From Glaucostegus cemiculus (taxonomy: Eukaryota), in NCBI GenBank assembly GCA_976551045.1, contig CDPCPM010000410.1:1612001-1676000 (forward strand): 64,000 nucleotides of DNA, given 5' to 3'. The notes below the pieces were generated by a model. That model did no database searches, was not told where the DNA came from, and was given only the letters and a program-made list of their open reading frames with translations. Position numbers and translations under genes: made by a program. Shown here piece after piece: positions 50,389-63,285 of this stretch (its first letter is position 1; the number at the start of each line of letters is the position of its first letter).

Positions 50389-50699
50389 AATTTGAGGTTA
50401 TATAAACAGTTCTGGAGGAAGATCAAGATTATCTCAGCTCCCCTCACTTTACAAGTTGGTGTGCAATAATGACATATGTGAATGTGCCTTTCCTCTGCTT
50501 GGACAGCTGTATTTCTTAACCTATTCTGTCCCAGATGTTGAAATGCTACTCTACATTGAGTCAATTCTGTATTAAGTTAGGTCCACTTAATTGTGATCCT
50601 GCTATCACCTTTCCAGACGGCCTATTAGAAAAATGCATACACTACTTTCATTGGCAGCTCACTTCTGCGACACCTGCTTTTCATTGATATCAAATTTGA

Positions 50700-51015
50700 C
50701 AATTTTGCCCTCTATTAGTTATTCTATTTTTGATTGAATCGTTTTCTGACAGATATTTGTCAGGACACTGGGGGAGTTCTCCAATTCCACTTGAAATTGT
50801 GCTTTGGGATTTTTTTGTCATGATTTTTTGTAAGTTTGCACAAACAGCCAAGAGCGTATCTTAGTTTACAATTTACAATTTCTTCTGTAAGTCTACACCT
50901 TGAATGTGGCAGCACAGCCACTGTATTGCACTGGTCAGTTTATAATCTTAGTCAATCCTGTGAGGTGGGGTTTGCATCAATGAGTTCTGACTCTGAAAAA
51001 TTTCATGGCCAAACC
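50700..51015 (-). mobile_element. Old DeuSINE/SacSINE1-like fragment
   Basis: ccaggacactggggg...ttgtgctttgggattttt...gcagcac...gtattgcactgg...ttctgactctga. Confidence 0.5.
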
Positions 51016-51189
51016 TAGCTAATATATTATAATTAAGCACTGAAAGAAATTCTTTTTACAATAATTTCTTTATGACAGTGCACACGGAGGTGTTGGTAAT
51101 GTTGATCATAATCTTGGTTAATTTCATAGTGAGTAATCTTAAGTAATAAATGTCTCTTCTGAAATCTATCTCAATGATTAGCAAGTGCA

Positions 51190-51478
51190 AGGGGTGGTGC
51201 AACAGTTAGTGCTGTTGCCCAACAGTCCCAAGGTCCTGGATTTATTCCTAACACTGGGATGCTGTGGTTTCTTTCCTTAATCCAGATAATTAGTAACTGT
51301 CCATGACCCCTTAGTGTAGGGCAGTGGCAAGGGACTCAAAGGGGAGTTGGTGGACATATGAGAGAATATGTTGCAGGGTAACAGGGAAATAAGGAGATGG
51401 GGAATAGGACTGATGGGATTGATTTGCTGGGGCCACCTTGGACATGATCGGTGAATGGCCTCCTTCTGTGTCATAAGA
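51190..51478 (+). mobile_element. Degraded tRNA-SINE with CR1-type tail
   Basis: gtggtgcaacagttagtgctgttgcc...gtcctggatttattcc head; tail gaatggcctccttctgtgtc. Confidence 0.6.
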
Positions 51479-53269
51479 AAGAAGTGTAAAAAAGGTATAC
51501 CTCAACTTCTTAAACAATTGCCAAAAAAATTCAAGTGTGACAATAGTACAAAAAAAAACCCAAATCCTTTGAATTTTGATTTACTATCCACTGTTGAATC
51601 AGCATATATTCACTGCCATTACTTCTTATGTCATATGACAAAGACAGCTTTTGTTGTGATTAATTGGGAGGTCAATAGCAGCTGTACAGTGAGGAAGGCA
51701 TAATAGTCTATAAGGCATGGCGGCTTGACAATAACTATTCATTTTATTATAAACTCGACAACTGTAGACACACTGTTGACAGCTGTTTTTTTTTATAAAG
51801 CATTAATGGTCCATGCACTGAATTCTATTGATGCTCAACTAATGTTTTAGAGAGAACTAATAAAAATACAAATTTAAAATGATAGCTATAAAATCAAATA
51901 ATGCAATAATGTAGAGGAACATGAATCAGCTTTATTCTTTCAAAATTAAGTAATTAAAATATTGAACAATCAAGTGAGAAAACTGACTTACATAATTTCT
52001 ATTAGGGAACCTTTTTCATAGTCAAATAACATGCTAGTTTTACAGAAATTATACGTTGCATCTTTCATCATTCTCTCAAATTTCTTTGAGCTAAACATCC
52101 ATTGTTGTGTACAGGGTTCCAAGCCTCTGATGCTGAGACTGTAAAATCAAAATGCTACAAGCACACAAGAGGAACTTGGGTCCTTTCTGATTTTCTCTGA
52201 TTGTGGGGAAAACAACCAGCTTCTGCATACACTTCCTGATAATGACATGTAATTGTTAATAAATCCAGAGGTCTGTCTAATTTGATCTAAGTTTTGATCT
52301 ACACTGCGAAGACACTTCATTGGCTATAAATCACTTTAGAATGATTGTGAAAGACTTTATATAAACATCAGTCTGATCTTCTATGATCAGCAAACAGGGG
52401 AGAAGATGCTCAGTCATGATCTGTGAATTGATTATCAATTTCAATATATTAAATAAAGGAGTGAAATTCAGGAGTGAATTACAAGTGTTAAAGCCGTATT
52501 TTATACCAGGTTAGCGACTTCTAATTTGAAAATGTCTTTGTTGTTAAGTGATTAGTTCAACATTTATTAATTCTTCAGGTATTTTGGATATGGTACTGCA
52601 AAAGTTATTATAGATGATGCATTTTTGCAGCACTGCTTTCCACCCTTCTACTTCAAACTTAATGTGGCATTTATGTTATATTTCAACACTATTGTACTGG
52701 TACTGGTTGGAGCGATTTGGGGTGGGAACTCAGTTTTGTTGCTGATCAATACAATAATCAAAAGTAAAGGGAACAGATGCCAATGCAGATGTATTTTCCA
52801 ATTCCTGAGATATACTTGGGTGCAAAGTCATAAAGGATTGCTGTCAGTATTTGATTAGTGAGTGACATCAACAACTGTTCTCACTAAAACGGCTAAAAAT
52901 GTTTCAAGATTGCATTATAATTTACATTACTACTTCATAACCTGAATGAGTGGTCTGAGAAGAAGCAACATCCTCCATTGGCTCTAGCTGCTTGTACCTC
53001 GTTCCCTCATATTCTGTAGTGTGACATTCATTGTGGCATTTCTCTGATCACATTCCCCCGGCATAAAACCATGGACAGAGAATCAGGGCGAGTATACTAC
53101 TTCCCCATTTCCATCCCATGTCCTCCTGGAATGCAGTTTCTCCACCGTGTCCTTTGGGTGTTCAAATCTATTGGCATTGCCACGTTTTGGAATACCATAT
53201 GGAGGCTTGAATGTAAATTCAGTTCAATTCTATGGGGCTCCAAATAATCAAAAAAATTGTGAAATATCA

Positions 53270-54565
53270 ACTGCTGTTATGAAAAATCTGAAAATGAAAG
53301 AGTGCTGAAGATACTCAGTGCTGGAAGTACTCAGCAAGTCAAGTAGCATCTATGGAGAGAGAAAGAAACTGAGTTAATGTTACAGGTTGATGAAAAGACC
53401 AGTTTTGATACAACTGAAAAGATGGTTTACCTGAAGTCACTGAGTCCAAGGGCTATTGACATTGAATGACTCATGTGGTTCCTCAAGCTTACATTAGGCT
53501 TTGTTAAGATAATACAAGAGGCCAAAGGTATTGAGATCAGAGTGAAAGTGGGATGAAGAATTAACGTGATAGTGACTAGAAGCTCAAGGTCAATTATATG
53601 GAGATGATCTGCAAAGTAGTCACCCAATCTGCATTTGATTTCTTAATGTAGAAATCACATCGCAAACACCAAATGCACAACACTTGCATCTCCTGTGGTT
53701 TCATGTGAAGGTGCCCTGAGATGGGGAGTGCATTTTGGCAGAGATTTAACAATGGACCTCGGAGTTATAAAGGGAATGGTCTCTGAAGATTTGTCCAATG
53801 GTTGAATCCCATTATAGGGAGCAGAAATGCAGGAAAATGGAGTAGAAGTGGTTGAGTGGTAGATATGGCAGGGGTAGGGGAAGCTATGATTAAGGAAAAG
53901 TGAAGATATTTCAGAAGAAGGGTCCTGACCCGAAACGTTGACCGCCTGCTTTTCTCCATGGGTGCTGCTTGGCTTGCTCAGTTCTTCCAGCAGCATAGTG
54001 TCTTTCATCTAGATTCCAGCATCTGCAGTCCTTTGTTTCTCAAGATATTTCAGAAGCACTGGTATGGAATGTGTCATTATTGGAACACACAAGATGACAG
54101 AGTTGGGAAACTTGGAGAATGGAATAAGGTCTTTTTAGGTAGCAGGGTGGGAGCAGGGTTACTCAGGATCACTGTGAGATTCTGTGGGTATGTAATGGAT
54201 ATTAGTTGCTGGACTCTCTCTTGAGATAAAGAAGCAAGAAAGGGAAGGGCAGAGTCATAAATGGACCATATACTGTAGCATTAAGAACAGGTGGATATTG
54301 GCAGCAAAGGTGAAGAAACTTCCAAGTTTTGGACGAGAGCAGGAAGCAACATCAATGCAGTTGTCATTGTCAATATACAGGTAAGGGAGAAGGCCTGTGT
54401 AGGACTGAAATGAAGGCTGTTCTACAAATTTCACAAAAAGACAGACAAAGCATGAACCCATACGGAATCCTGTAGCTACATCTTTGACTTGGAAAAAGTG
54501 AATGGAGAATTTGTTCAATGTGAGAACAAGTGCAGCCAAGTGGAGGGAGATCGGTTGTAACATCT
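53270..54565 (-). mobile_element. Decayed Penelope-like element: RT, GIY-YIG endonuclease and terminal repeat
   Basis: ORF 54255-54563 LAALVLTLNKFS..FFQVKDVATGFRMGS...YID (cf. LAELVLTLNNF...Q.KGVAMG.RMGP...RYIDD); ORF 53427-53627 GDYFADHL (cf. LGDRFAEHL); end sequence at 53280-53400. Confidence 0.85.
53905..54040 (+). mobile_element. Penelope-type end with hammerhead-like motif, lying antisense within the older Penelope
   Basis: cagaaga-agggtcctgaccc-gaaacgttgacc followed by tgctgcttggcttgctcagttcttccagc...ttccagcatctgcagtc. Confidence 0.75.
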
Positions 54566-54574
54566 GTTTGTAGA

Positions 54575-54630
54575 ATAAGATAAGATAAAATCTTTATTAA
54601 TCACATGTTCATCAAAACACACAGTGAAAT
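54575..54630 (-). mobile_element. V-SINE tail-only fragment
   Basis: ataagataagataaaatctttattaatcacatgttcatcaaaacacacagtgaaat, matching 268-322. Confidence 0.75.
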
Positions 54631-55460
54631 CAAATGGACCTCAACCCACTTTAGAGACGTAAGAGACCAGAGGGAGGGGTCTAGCTAGATCAGGAATTCT
54701 GAAGATGGGAGAAAGGGCTCATAGTCTACAGCTGACTTAGACAACTCCTCCTTCATGAGGGGGCAGGGGCCAGTAAGACTACATGCTGTCACATGTGGGT
54801 AAAGATTCCTCACAAACTCCACCAGGATTGGCACTGGAGGACTTAGATTGGCACCATGACAATAACTGACAGACTGTCAGGATTTCACTTCGCGAAATGT
54901 TGGCATCCAAATGCTTAAGAGATGTAAAATGGGAAACAACAAATGCTGAAATTTTTAATTAAAAACATGAGAAGCTGGATATGTGGAGAACATCAGATAA
55001 CATCTGGAAGACAACAAAACACAGTTTATGTTTGTGGCAAAAGGACCCAGCCAACACATTAGCCTATATTTCACAAATGTACACATCTGCTACACATTTG
55101 TAGTATGTCCTGTTTATTGTAAGAAAATATTCAATGAAACTATGGATTTTGCACAAAATTGATCAGATGTTTACATTTTATCAGTTCTTTGGAAAGTCCC
55201 AGGAGAAATATTACAAAAGATTTATATGTTCTGCTTGTTTCTTTAGATTAGGAATGTCATACTTAATGTGACATGTTAAGATATTTAATATACTGGCACT
55301 TTACACTAATCAGATGTAAAACCTGGTATATTTGGCACACCTGCATGCATATTTTGCTATCTGTTAAATAAAATAACATAAAGGATTTTAATAATAAGCT
55401 AACTATTAAAGCAGCATGCATGTGTGGACAGACTACACAATGCTGTTAACTATAATGATT

Positions 55461-55695
55461 ATTTACAGCGTGGTAACCGGCCCTTTCGGCCCAACGAGTC
55501 CGCGCCGCCCATTCTAAACCCCCAAATTAACCTACCCGTACGTCTTTAGAATGTGGGAGGAAACCGGAGCACCCGGAGGAAACCCACGCAGACACAGGAG
55601 AACGTACAAACTCCTTACAGTCAGTGATGGGAATCAAACCCCGATCGCTGGCACTGCAACAGCGTCGTGCTAACCGCTACGCTATTGTGCTGCCC
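55461..55695 (-). mobile_element. V-SINE, young, CR1-type tail (HE1-like)
   Basis: Same head and body as 411-569, but the minus-strand 3' end is gactcgttgggccgaaagggccggttaccacgctgta, i.e. CR1-like. CpGs are retained. Confidence 0.88.
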
Positions 55696-56559
55696 TATTT
55701 TACACTGTACTAGAAACAACATGAAAAACTTTAAGCCACTTTATTGACATTTAGGCAATGTTGACCTGAGTAAACCATCTTAAAAGGTTCAGGTGTCCTT
55801 AGAACATGTGAACACATATTAATTTTTCAAGCTGGTCAGGCCTGAAGAACTGGGACATAGAACATGTCAGGCCCTTTGAGCCACAATGTTGTACTGAACT
55901 AAAGAGAGAAAAATTGTGGCCCATACAGGGACTGGAAAAAAGTGCAGACATGTCTTACTTAAAAGTCTACAATTATGTGTCAAAGCAAAGAAGTAAGTTG
56001 GGACTTTTGCACTTTCAAATAATGCATGATGACTAATCATCAGAATGAGACAGAAGACTAAAAGAATTCCAAATTTTATATGTGTACAGGTCCTTGCCAG
56101 GTTATGAATACCCAACTTATGTACAGCCTCTACATACGAATGAGTGTTTGAAAGAGCAGCAGGATGGATCTGCCGGCTGCAGGCATCTTCAACCACTGGC
56201 AATGCGGTTTGCCACCACATTTCTGACTGCGAACTGTCCAGATTACAAACAGTTCACAGGAATGGAACCCTGCCGTAACCTCAGGAGGACCTGTATTGAG
56301 GTACTTTTGCTGGCACTAGTCCACTTAGAGGCAGCATCTTTTGATGTCCGAAGGTCACTTGCCCTTGAACAACACCGTTTCTCTCAATGTGATGAGAAAG
56401 GTGAATCTTCTAAAGGGGGACCAGCCCCCTGCTGATTGGTGAGGCCATTGATCAGTGCTTTGCCCCTGAATGGCTTTGAAGGCCACTGAGGCCCAGCATC
56501 TTGCCTCATTGGCTGTTAGAGCTGTCAAATGAACCACAACAGTCACTAGGTCCAGCATC

Positions 56560-56960
56560 AACATCTTATTTTGCCCCACCCAAACACTCCTCCCACTGGA
56601 TACACTCCCCATACAGTTCCTGTCTGCCCACCATACCTCCTTTATTTGATTCCACACTTCTCCTTCCTTTCCTATCAGATTCCATAATCTGCATCCCTTT
56701 GTTGCCTCCACCTATCACCTCCCTGTCACTATTTCCACACTTCCCTCTCCACCTGACTCCTGCTGCCAATCAACCCCTCACTTGGATCCACCTATGGTTT
56801 GCCAGCTCTTGCCCCCACCTCCCTCTCACTTCTTTACACTGGCTAGCTCGCTTCTACCCTTTCAGTCCCAGGAGGGTCTCGATCTAAAACATGCACTGTC
56901 CTTTTAGAGATGCTGCCTGACCCACTGAGACCCTCCAGCAGCTCGATTTTTGCTCCAAAT
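56560..56960 (+). mobile_element. Penelope-type 3' region with degraded hammerhead
   Basis: Pyrimidine-rich UTR, then cagtcccaggagggtctcgatctaaaacatgcactg...gatgctgcctgacccactgag. Confidence 0.7.
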
Positions 56961-58389
56961 TTTTATTAACATTTGTTCACAGATGCTAAGTTTCTACAGT
57001 CTTAGTTATACAGCACAGCCATCAAGTTACTATCTATACTGATCCCATTTTCCAGCACTTGGCCTACATCCCTTGAGGCCCCATCGCTTCAAGTGCTCAT
57101 CTAAATATTTGTAAAACCACATTGTTTTTAAGCAGAACTATGCAACTACTGGTTTATGATTTTCCAGGCACTAAAGGTCTTGAGAAGAGGATGAGTGACA
57201 GGAAATTTCTTTAGCAAGAAGAGGAGGAAGATTCAGAGTTTCTGATGCAGGAACTTCTGATACTGAAGTTTACACTAAATAGCCAATAAAAAAAACACAC
57301 AAGAAAATGTTAAAGGACCTGTAAGCAATGTCTGAGGTTTTCTAGCACTGTTCTAGCAAAGGAAGAGTTAACACTACAGAACAAGAAGGTTAACAAAGCA
57401 GGACATCATCTGAAACGAACAGCAGTGTAGAACCCAGAGGTCACCTGAGAGACACACAGTAAAGCTCCTTAGCAACACTAATAGAGTAACAAAGAATTTA
57501 TTGGAAGGCACCCTCAGCGCAACTTACCAACAGTGAAATGGGCATGGAATCCCTTGTAGTCTCCACATTATACCCACTGATTCACTGAAGTTAATGCTGC
57601 CTGGATTGTCAGGAGTGAAGGTTTTGAATAGATGTAAGATGGCAAAATAATGCTAAATGGTGAATCGTGAGACGGACAGAGAGCATTGCTGTGCAGGAAC
57701 TCCAGGATCAAAGTGCAGTGATCTGGAAAACTGTCATTTCAGGTCATGCACATGCCTAAGTCCTGACCTTCCAAGCAGAAAAGACAGTAAGTGCCAGCAG
57801 TTATAGGTATAAGTGTCTGCATAGCTCAGAGTGTCTGCTATCTGCAGTGATATAACAGTGGTCTAGAATCAGCATCAAGAGTTAGCCAGACTGATGCTCT
57901 GAGCGCATTCACATATATCACTAGCTACCATGAGAAATATATCTTGAGAAGGTGGGAAAGTAAGATAAACTAAATACAAAACCATCACTATTAAACCTAC
58001 TATCCTGGCATGTAATTATGTTACAACAAAAATTAATGGCTTGTATGATCCTTCCGTAATTATGAGGACATGCACTCAACATTATAATTTTATACATGTA
58101 TGCAGTCTTTCAAATGATGTTTCATAAACCAAGTGAAGGAATAAAAGTCCTGCTAGATTAAGTATTGCTCAACTAAAAGCACAAGTCTGGCCAAGAAATT
58201 CCATCTATAGATACTGAAGATTATCTCGCTGGTGAAGGGGATGAGCAGGGACAAAGGCAGGCATACTATGTCTTTTCAACACCATGCTCATCCTGAAAGG
58301 ATAAACAGGAAGTTGGCAGAAATCAGTCTGGCTCTTGTATGACTGACATATATGTATTCAAACAGGACAATAGCCATTATGGAAGCAAA

Positions 58390-58780
58390 CATAACGGCAT
58401 ATTTGAAGCTCAGCATCAATTTGGAATAGAAACCACTGGAGGCAAAACACTAACATCTTAAAACAACCAAGAGTAAGAGGATGCTAGGATGCTGTCAGAA
58501 TCAGAGAGGAGAGGCTTTCATTGGCAGAGGCCACAATGATCGACAGCGTCCCAAGTTGCAAAATGTGAGGATGCAGAAAGCCGCAAGTCTTCAAACAACT
58601 GTGATGGAGCCGGGTACTCCCACAACATCTAAGAAATATTGAGAAGAGCACTTTAATGGCTAAGGTATCAAAGTCTATAGACTAAGTGCTGGTAAGTGGG
58701 ATTAGTATAGATAGGATGGAATGGACATGATACACTGAAGGGCCTGTATATGCTCTGCATCACTCTATGACTCTATAACA
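58390..58780 (+). mobile_element. Old CR1 3' fragment
   Basis: gactaagtgctggtaagtgggattag...gaagggcctgtatatgctctgcatcactctatgactcta. Confidence 0.6.
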
Positions 58781-58959
58781 TATTAAAGTCTCATCTTCCA
58801 CAGAGACTGATTGACCATTAGAAGAACATAATATTTCACATCTGCCTGAACATCAGCAACACTGCCATCCAAAAGAGTACTTGGAGTAGTTAGGTGCTGT
58901 ATCTTACAGACTGATGGCCAATCTTTTATATTAAATTCAAGTATCAGCGGTATTTCGAA

Positions 58960-59385
58960 ATAAAACATGTTTTAATTTGCAGAGAATGGGGAAGAGTGGA
59001 GAGAATAGAGGGAATGTCTGTGATAGGGTGCAAATCCAGAGAGACTGAATGACACAAGTGGTGGTGGTGTCAGCTGGGATAAGGTGGTAAGGGTTTATAA
59101 CTGATAATTGCAGTCATTAATCACCATCCTCTCACAGCTGGCAACATCACCAGAAACGTCAATCAGTCTTGGCTTCATGCAATCCCTTTGTTTTCTCTAC
59201 CTGCTCTCCAACTCCTCCCTAGACCCCTGATTTCTAACTTTTCCTAGTCCTAATGAACAGTTGTCAACCTGAAATGTTGGACTTGTTTCTCGCTAAACAG
59301 ATGCTGCCTGGCCTGCTAGATATTTCCACAACAATTCTGGTTTCATTTCACATTTCAAGTATCTGCAGTTTCTGCTTTTCGATTC
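58960..59385. repeat. Penelope-derived long inverted repeat plus plus-strand end
   Basis: 59041-59090 pairs with 59121-59170; outer purine and pyrimidine arms; end ctaatgaacagttgtcaacctgaaatgttg...gatgctgcctggcctgct. Confidence 0.7.
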
Positions 59386-59929
59386 ACAGATTACGCGATG
59401 GGGGCAATTAGTTGCATAGTTTTAAATATGACCTTTAAACAATTCCTATGGAAAGAAGAACAATTCATTGGAAAAAAATACTGCATTCTAATTGCACTCA
59501 ACTCTTGCCTATTTAAAGCTGGACCTACCTTTATTGTACTGCCAAGATGGACTGCAAAGCCAATTCTTACAAAACACTGCACAGATCAACATTTAATTTC
59601 CAAGACAGAATGGGCACTTGCTGAATTCCTAAGCAAAACCACTGAAGATCCAGAGGTATTGCCCCCAGTACCAGATCACAGACATCTGACAGGAGGGGAG
59701 GCAAGTAGTACTAGACAGGGCAGGTTCCTGCTCTTCTGGGCTCACAAGAAAATGAAATGAAAATTAAAATCTTACCTTGCTAGGCCCCTTCAGGGCATTG
59801 ACTTTCACCATATCATCTTTAATCAGACCCCTAGTTAAAATTCTACGGGTAATGATGAAAGTAAAGAGATTTGCTGTGGAATACTGTGTTAGGATGCTGA
59901 AGTAATTCAATTGCTTAATTCATGTGTTT

Positions 59930-60265
59930 TGCTTTATTTCATTCTTGGGATATGGACATCACAGGCAACAATAGGAGATACTGCCCATACTTAATTGCTC
60001 TTGTACTGTCTGCCCTACAGAGACTTTATGAGGATAGTTAAGAGATAACCACAGTGTTATAGATCTGGCGTCATATGCAGCCCAGATTGGGTAATGACAG
60101 CAGATTTTCATCCCATTAGTGAACCAGATATGCTGTGACAAATATCCAGCAGATTCTTGGTCACTATTCTTGATATTAGCCTTTATTATTTAATTAATTG
60201 GTGTTGTGCTGATATTGAACTCGTGTCCCTGAACTAACTAGAGTACCCTAATCACTATACTCCAA
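59930..60265 (-). mobile_element. Old SINE family copy
   Basis: ttcattcttgggatatggacatcacaggcaa...tgcccatacttaattgc...cattagtgaaccagat; same family as 30375-30720. Confidence 0.65.
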
Positions 60266-62449
60266 GATCATACCATCTGTCACATACCACAAGATCTTTC
60301 ATCCAAAGATTATTCAGCAAGTCAAAGCATTGCAGTTCACTTGAAAGTGAGGATAAGGAAGAGGGGACTGTAATATATTGTACATACGGGGTGTCTAGTG
60401 CAGAATTCTACTTTTTAAAGGTACATCTAATGGACATTTACCACCAACTTTGTGTTTCCTTATGAAGAAACAGTACAAATTACCATTTACAATTTTCCAA
60501 TCCTTCTTGCATTGATTGATTTCTTTAGTCCTAAGCAACAGACACCATAGATGTAAAGGATAAATTGAAAGATCTTTGGTCTGTAAACATATATGATTTG
60601 TGTCCTATTCTTATTCTCTACAGTAAAATGCAAGGTGTAAATCTCCTTTTGTCATGCCTACACAGAGGTAGGAAATACATGCAAAGAGCATTTCTAATGC
60701 TCAGCCATGGACATTTTTCAAGATATGCCCAAAAGCTACAAAATTTGAAATTGTGCCACCATTTACAATTTCCATCTGTGGTGTCTGTTGCTATAAATTT
60801 ATGGCACAAATGGTGACCAAAGAGTGCATTTTAACATAAAAGGAGATATATAGATTAATCCCACTTCCCAACCTTTGGTATCTAGCCTTGTGAATTATAG
60901 TTCATCAAGTGCTCATTCAGGTGCTTCTGTGCCTCAGCCAGTAACAGCAAGCATCTTGAATGCATTCTTGACTACTTTATCTCTTTGCCCGACTACCCTT
61001 TAGGGACTTATGAACATGCACTCTGTTCTCTAAGCTTTTTAGTATCTTGCCATTTATCACATATTCCCTTGCCTTGTTTACTCTCCCTAAATTCAATACA
61101 TATCTGTATTGAATTTTGTTTATACTAATTTTGTCGACTCATAATTTTGTCAACCTTATACAACTGTAGCCTACATGTAAAAGTTCAATACATTGGTGTT
61201 TTAAAAAAATTATTTTATTTTACAGTAGCATTGTCTTTGTCATTTAAGCATATGAATTAGCACTGGTACAATTATTATGTCATGTAAATATTATGTAATT
61301 CTTCCGTCTACTCCTTAAGTAGTGAATGAAAGTTATTGCCTGTGTTTAAATAGCAGGTATGGCAATGCCACATTAAAACAAAATTCTGACCTACTATTAT
61401 CATTTGTTGACAAAACTTTCACATGTCGTACCGGAGAGACGTTTGAAAGTAATTTTCTAACTACAGAACTCAATATTTTGGGAAGAAACATCTATGAACC
61501 AAAGCTACCTCTCTAGTAATGTTGCAAACAAAAAGATAAACATTTACGCACTTTGCCTATTTAATAAAAACAGGCAATATGCAATTTGCTAAGCAGGGTC
61601 TGTAATTATACTCGTGGCTTGAAAGGAATTGGCAATTAGGAATTTCTATCAATTAATAACAAGGAAAAAGAAGAACAACTGCTGCCTTGCGCAGGGCTTG
61701 CATATTGATTAGACCAGTCTACTAGAAATCAGAATGCAAAGCAAATTAATAAGGTCTCAGGTTTCCACTAATAAGGGGCAACAATCTGTTCTAGACAGAG
61801 ACGAGCACTTGGAAATAGCTGATAATGCGTTCGTGTGGCAGATGAAATCTTTATCACACAATGAATCCGATTAACATGCAATAACAAATATACAGTCTTT
61901 AAAAAAAATTCCACCTTTTCCATTCCAATCGGCCCTCATCCTTGCTGTAAGGCTCTTTTACAGATTGAGGTCAGGCTGGTATTCAGCGAGGCAGGACTTA
62001 AATGCAGCAAAAATTAATTTTATATGCTGTCATATGAAACAGAAACCATTTTAATCTGTTTCAGCAAAATCACAATCTAAAAAGTATTAACCCTTTGCCC
62101 TCACCCTATTTTATAAATATCCAAGTGCAAATGTAATTGGCTGTGAGTTTGCAGAAAATGCAAATAATAACATTGGGCTGGATTTCACAAGGAAATTCTG
62201 GCACTTTCATGCAAAATTACTCACATCTTCCTGCATAAGCACCAGCAAGTTTGGGATTCCTGTGCGACTCTGGATAACTGCTTCACAGAATCATAGATTA
62301 CAACATGGAAGGAGGCCATTCAGTCTGTCAAGTCCATAGTGGCTCTAGGTAAGAGTGAACCAGCTAGTCCCACTTCTCTGCCTTCACCCAATAGGCCTGC
62401 AAAAATTCTTTCCTTTCAGATTCTTATCCATCTCCCATACAAAGGAAAA

Positions 62450-63190
62450 AAAGGAAACGAGACAGGGCAGGTGACAGAAGTGTGTGTAGGGAAACACATT
62501 GGATCTAGTGATCATAATTGCATTAGTTTCAAGAAAATTATGGAGAAGGACAGGATTAGTCCTCGGGTTGAGGTTCTAAATTGGAGAAAGGCCAATTTCA
62601 ATGGCATCAGAAGGGATCTGGCAGGCATGGATTGGGATAGGCTGTTTTCCGGCAAAGAGATGCTTGGTAAGTGGGAGGTTTTCAAAAGTGAAATATTGAG
62701 AGTACAGAATCTGTATGTTCCTGTTAGAATAAAAGGTAAGGCTAACAGGTTTAGGGAACCTTGGTTATCGAAAGATATTGAGGCCCTGGTAAAGAAAGAG
62801 GAGGCAAATATCAGGTATAGGCAGTTAGGATCAAATGAGACGCTTGAGGAGTATAAGAAATGCAAGAGAACACTTCAGAGAGAAATCAGGATGGTTAAAA
62901 GAGGACATGAGGTTGCTCTGGCAACCAAGGTGAAAGAGAATCCCGAGGGTTTCTATAGCTATATTAAGAGCAATAGGGTATCAAGGAACAAAATTGGCCC
63001 TCTGAAGATCAGCATGGTCATCTGCACATGGAGCCAAAAGAGATGGGGGGGGGGAGATCTAAAATGAATTTTTTCCATCCATATTTACTCTGGAGATAGA
63101 CACAGAGATTTTAGAACTGAGGCAAAAGACTACTAGGGTCATGGACCATATCCCGATTACGGAAGAGGAGGTACTGGCTGTCTTGAGGTG
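62450..63190 (+). mobile_element. CR1 ORF2 internal fragment (end of endonuclease plus linker)
   Basis: GNETGQVTEVCVGKHIGSSDHNCISF...LNWRKANFNGIR...PW...KENPEGFYSYIK; SDH is the APE endonuclease motif. Preceded by a minus-strand CR1 tail at 62287-62430. Confidence 0.9.
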
Positions 63191-63285
63191 AAGTAAGAGT
63201 TAAGAAAGGAAATCAAGTGGAAAGATGGGCTAGGTCTATCAAAAGATGTCAGCACTGACTGTACCGTGAGCATTGACTGGTTGAC

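Noticed and set aside
56355-56560. DIRS/Crypton tyrosine-recombinase motif (AGGWSP…F)
   Set aside because: The catalytic H-x-x-R and Tyr residues are absent; the resemblance is too weak.
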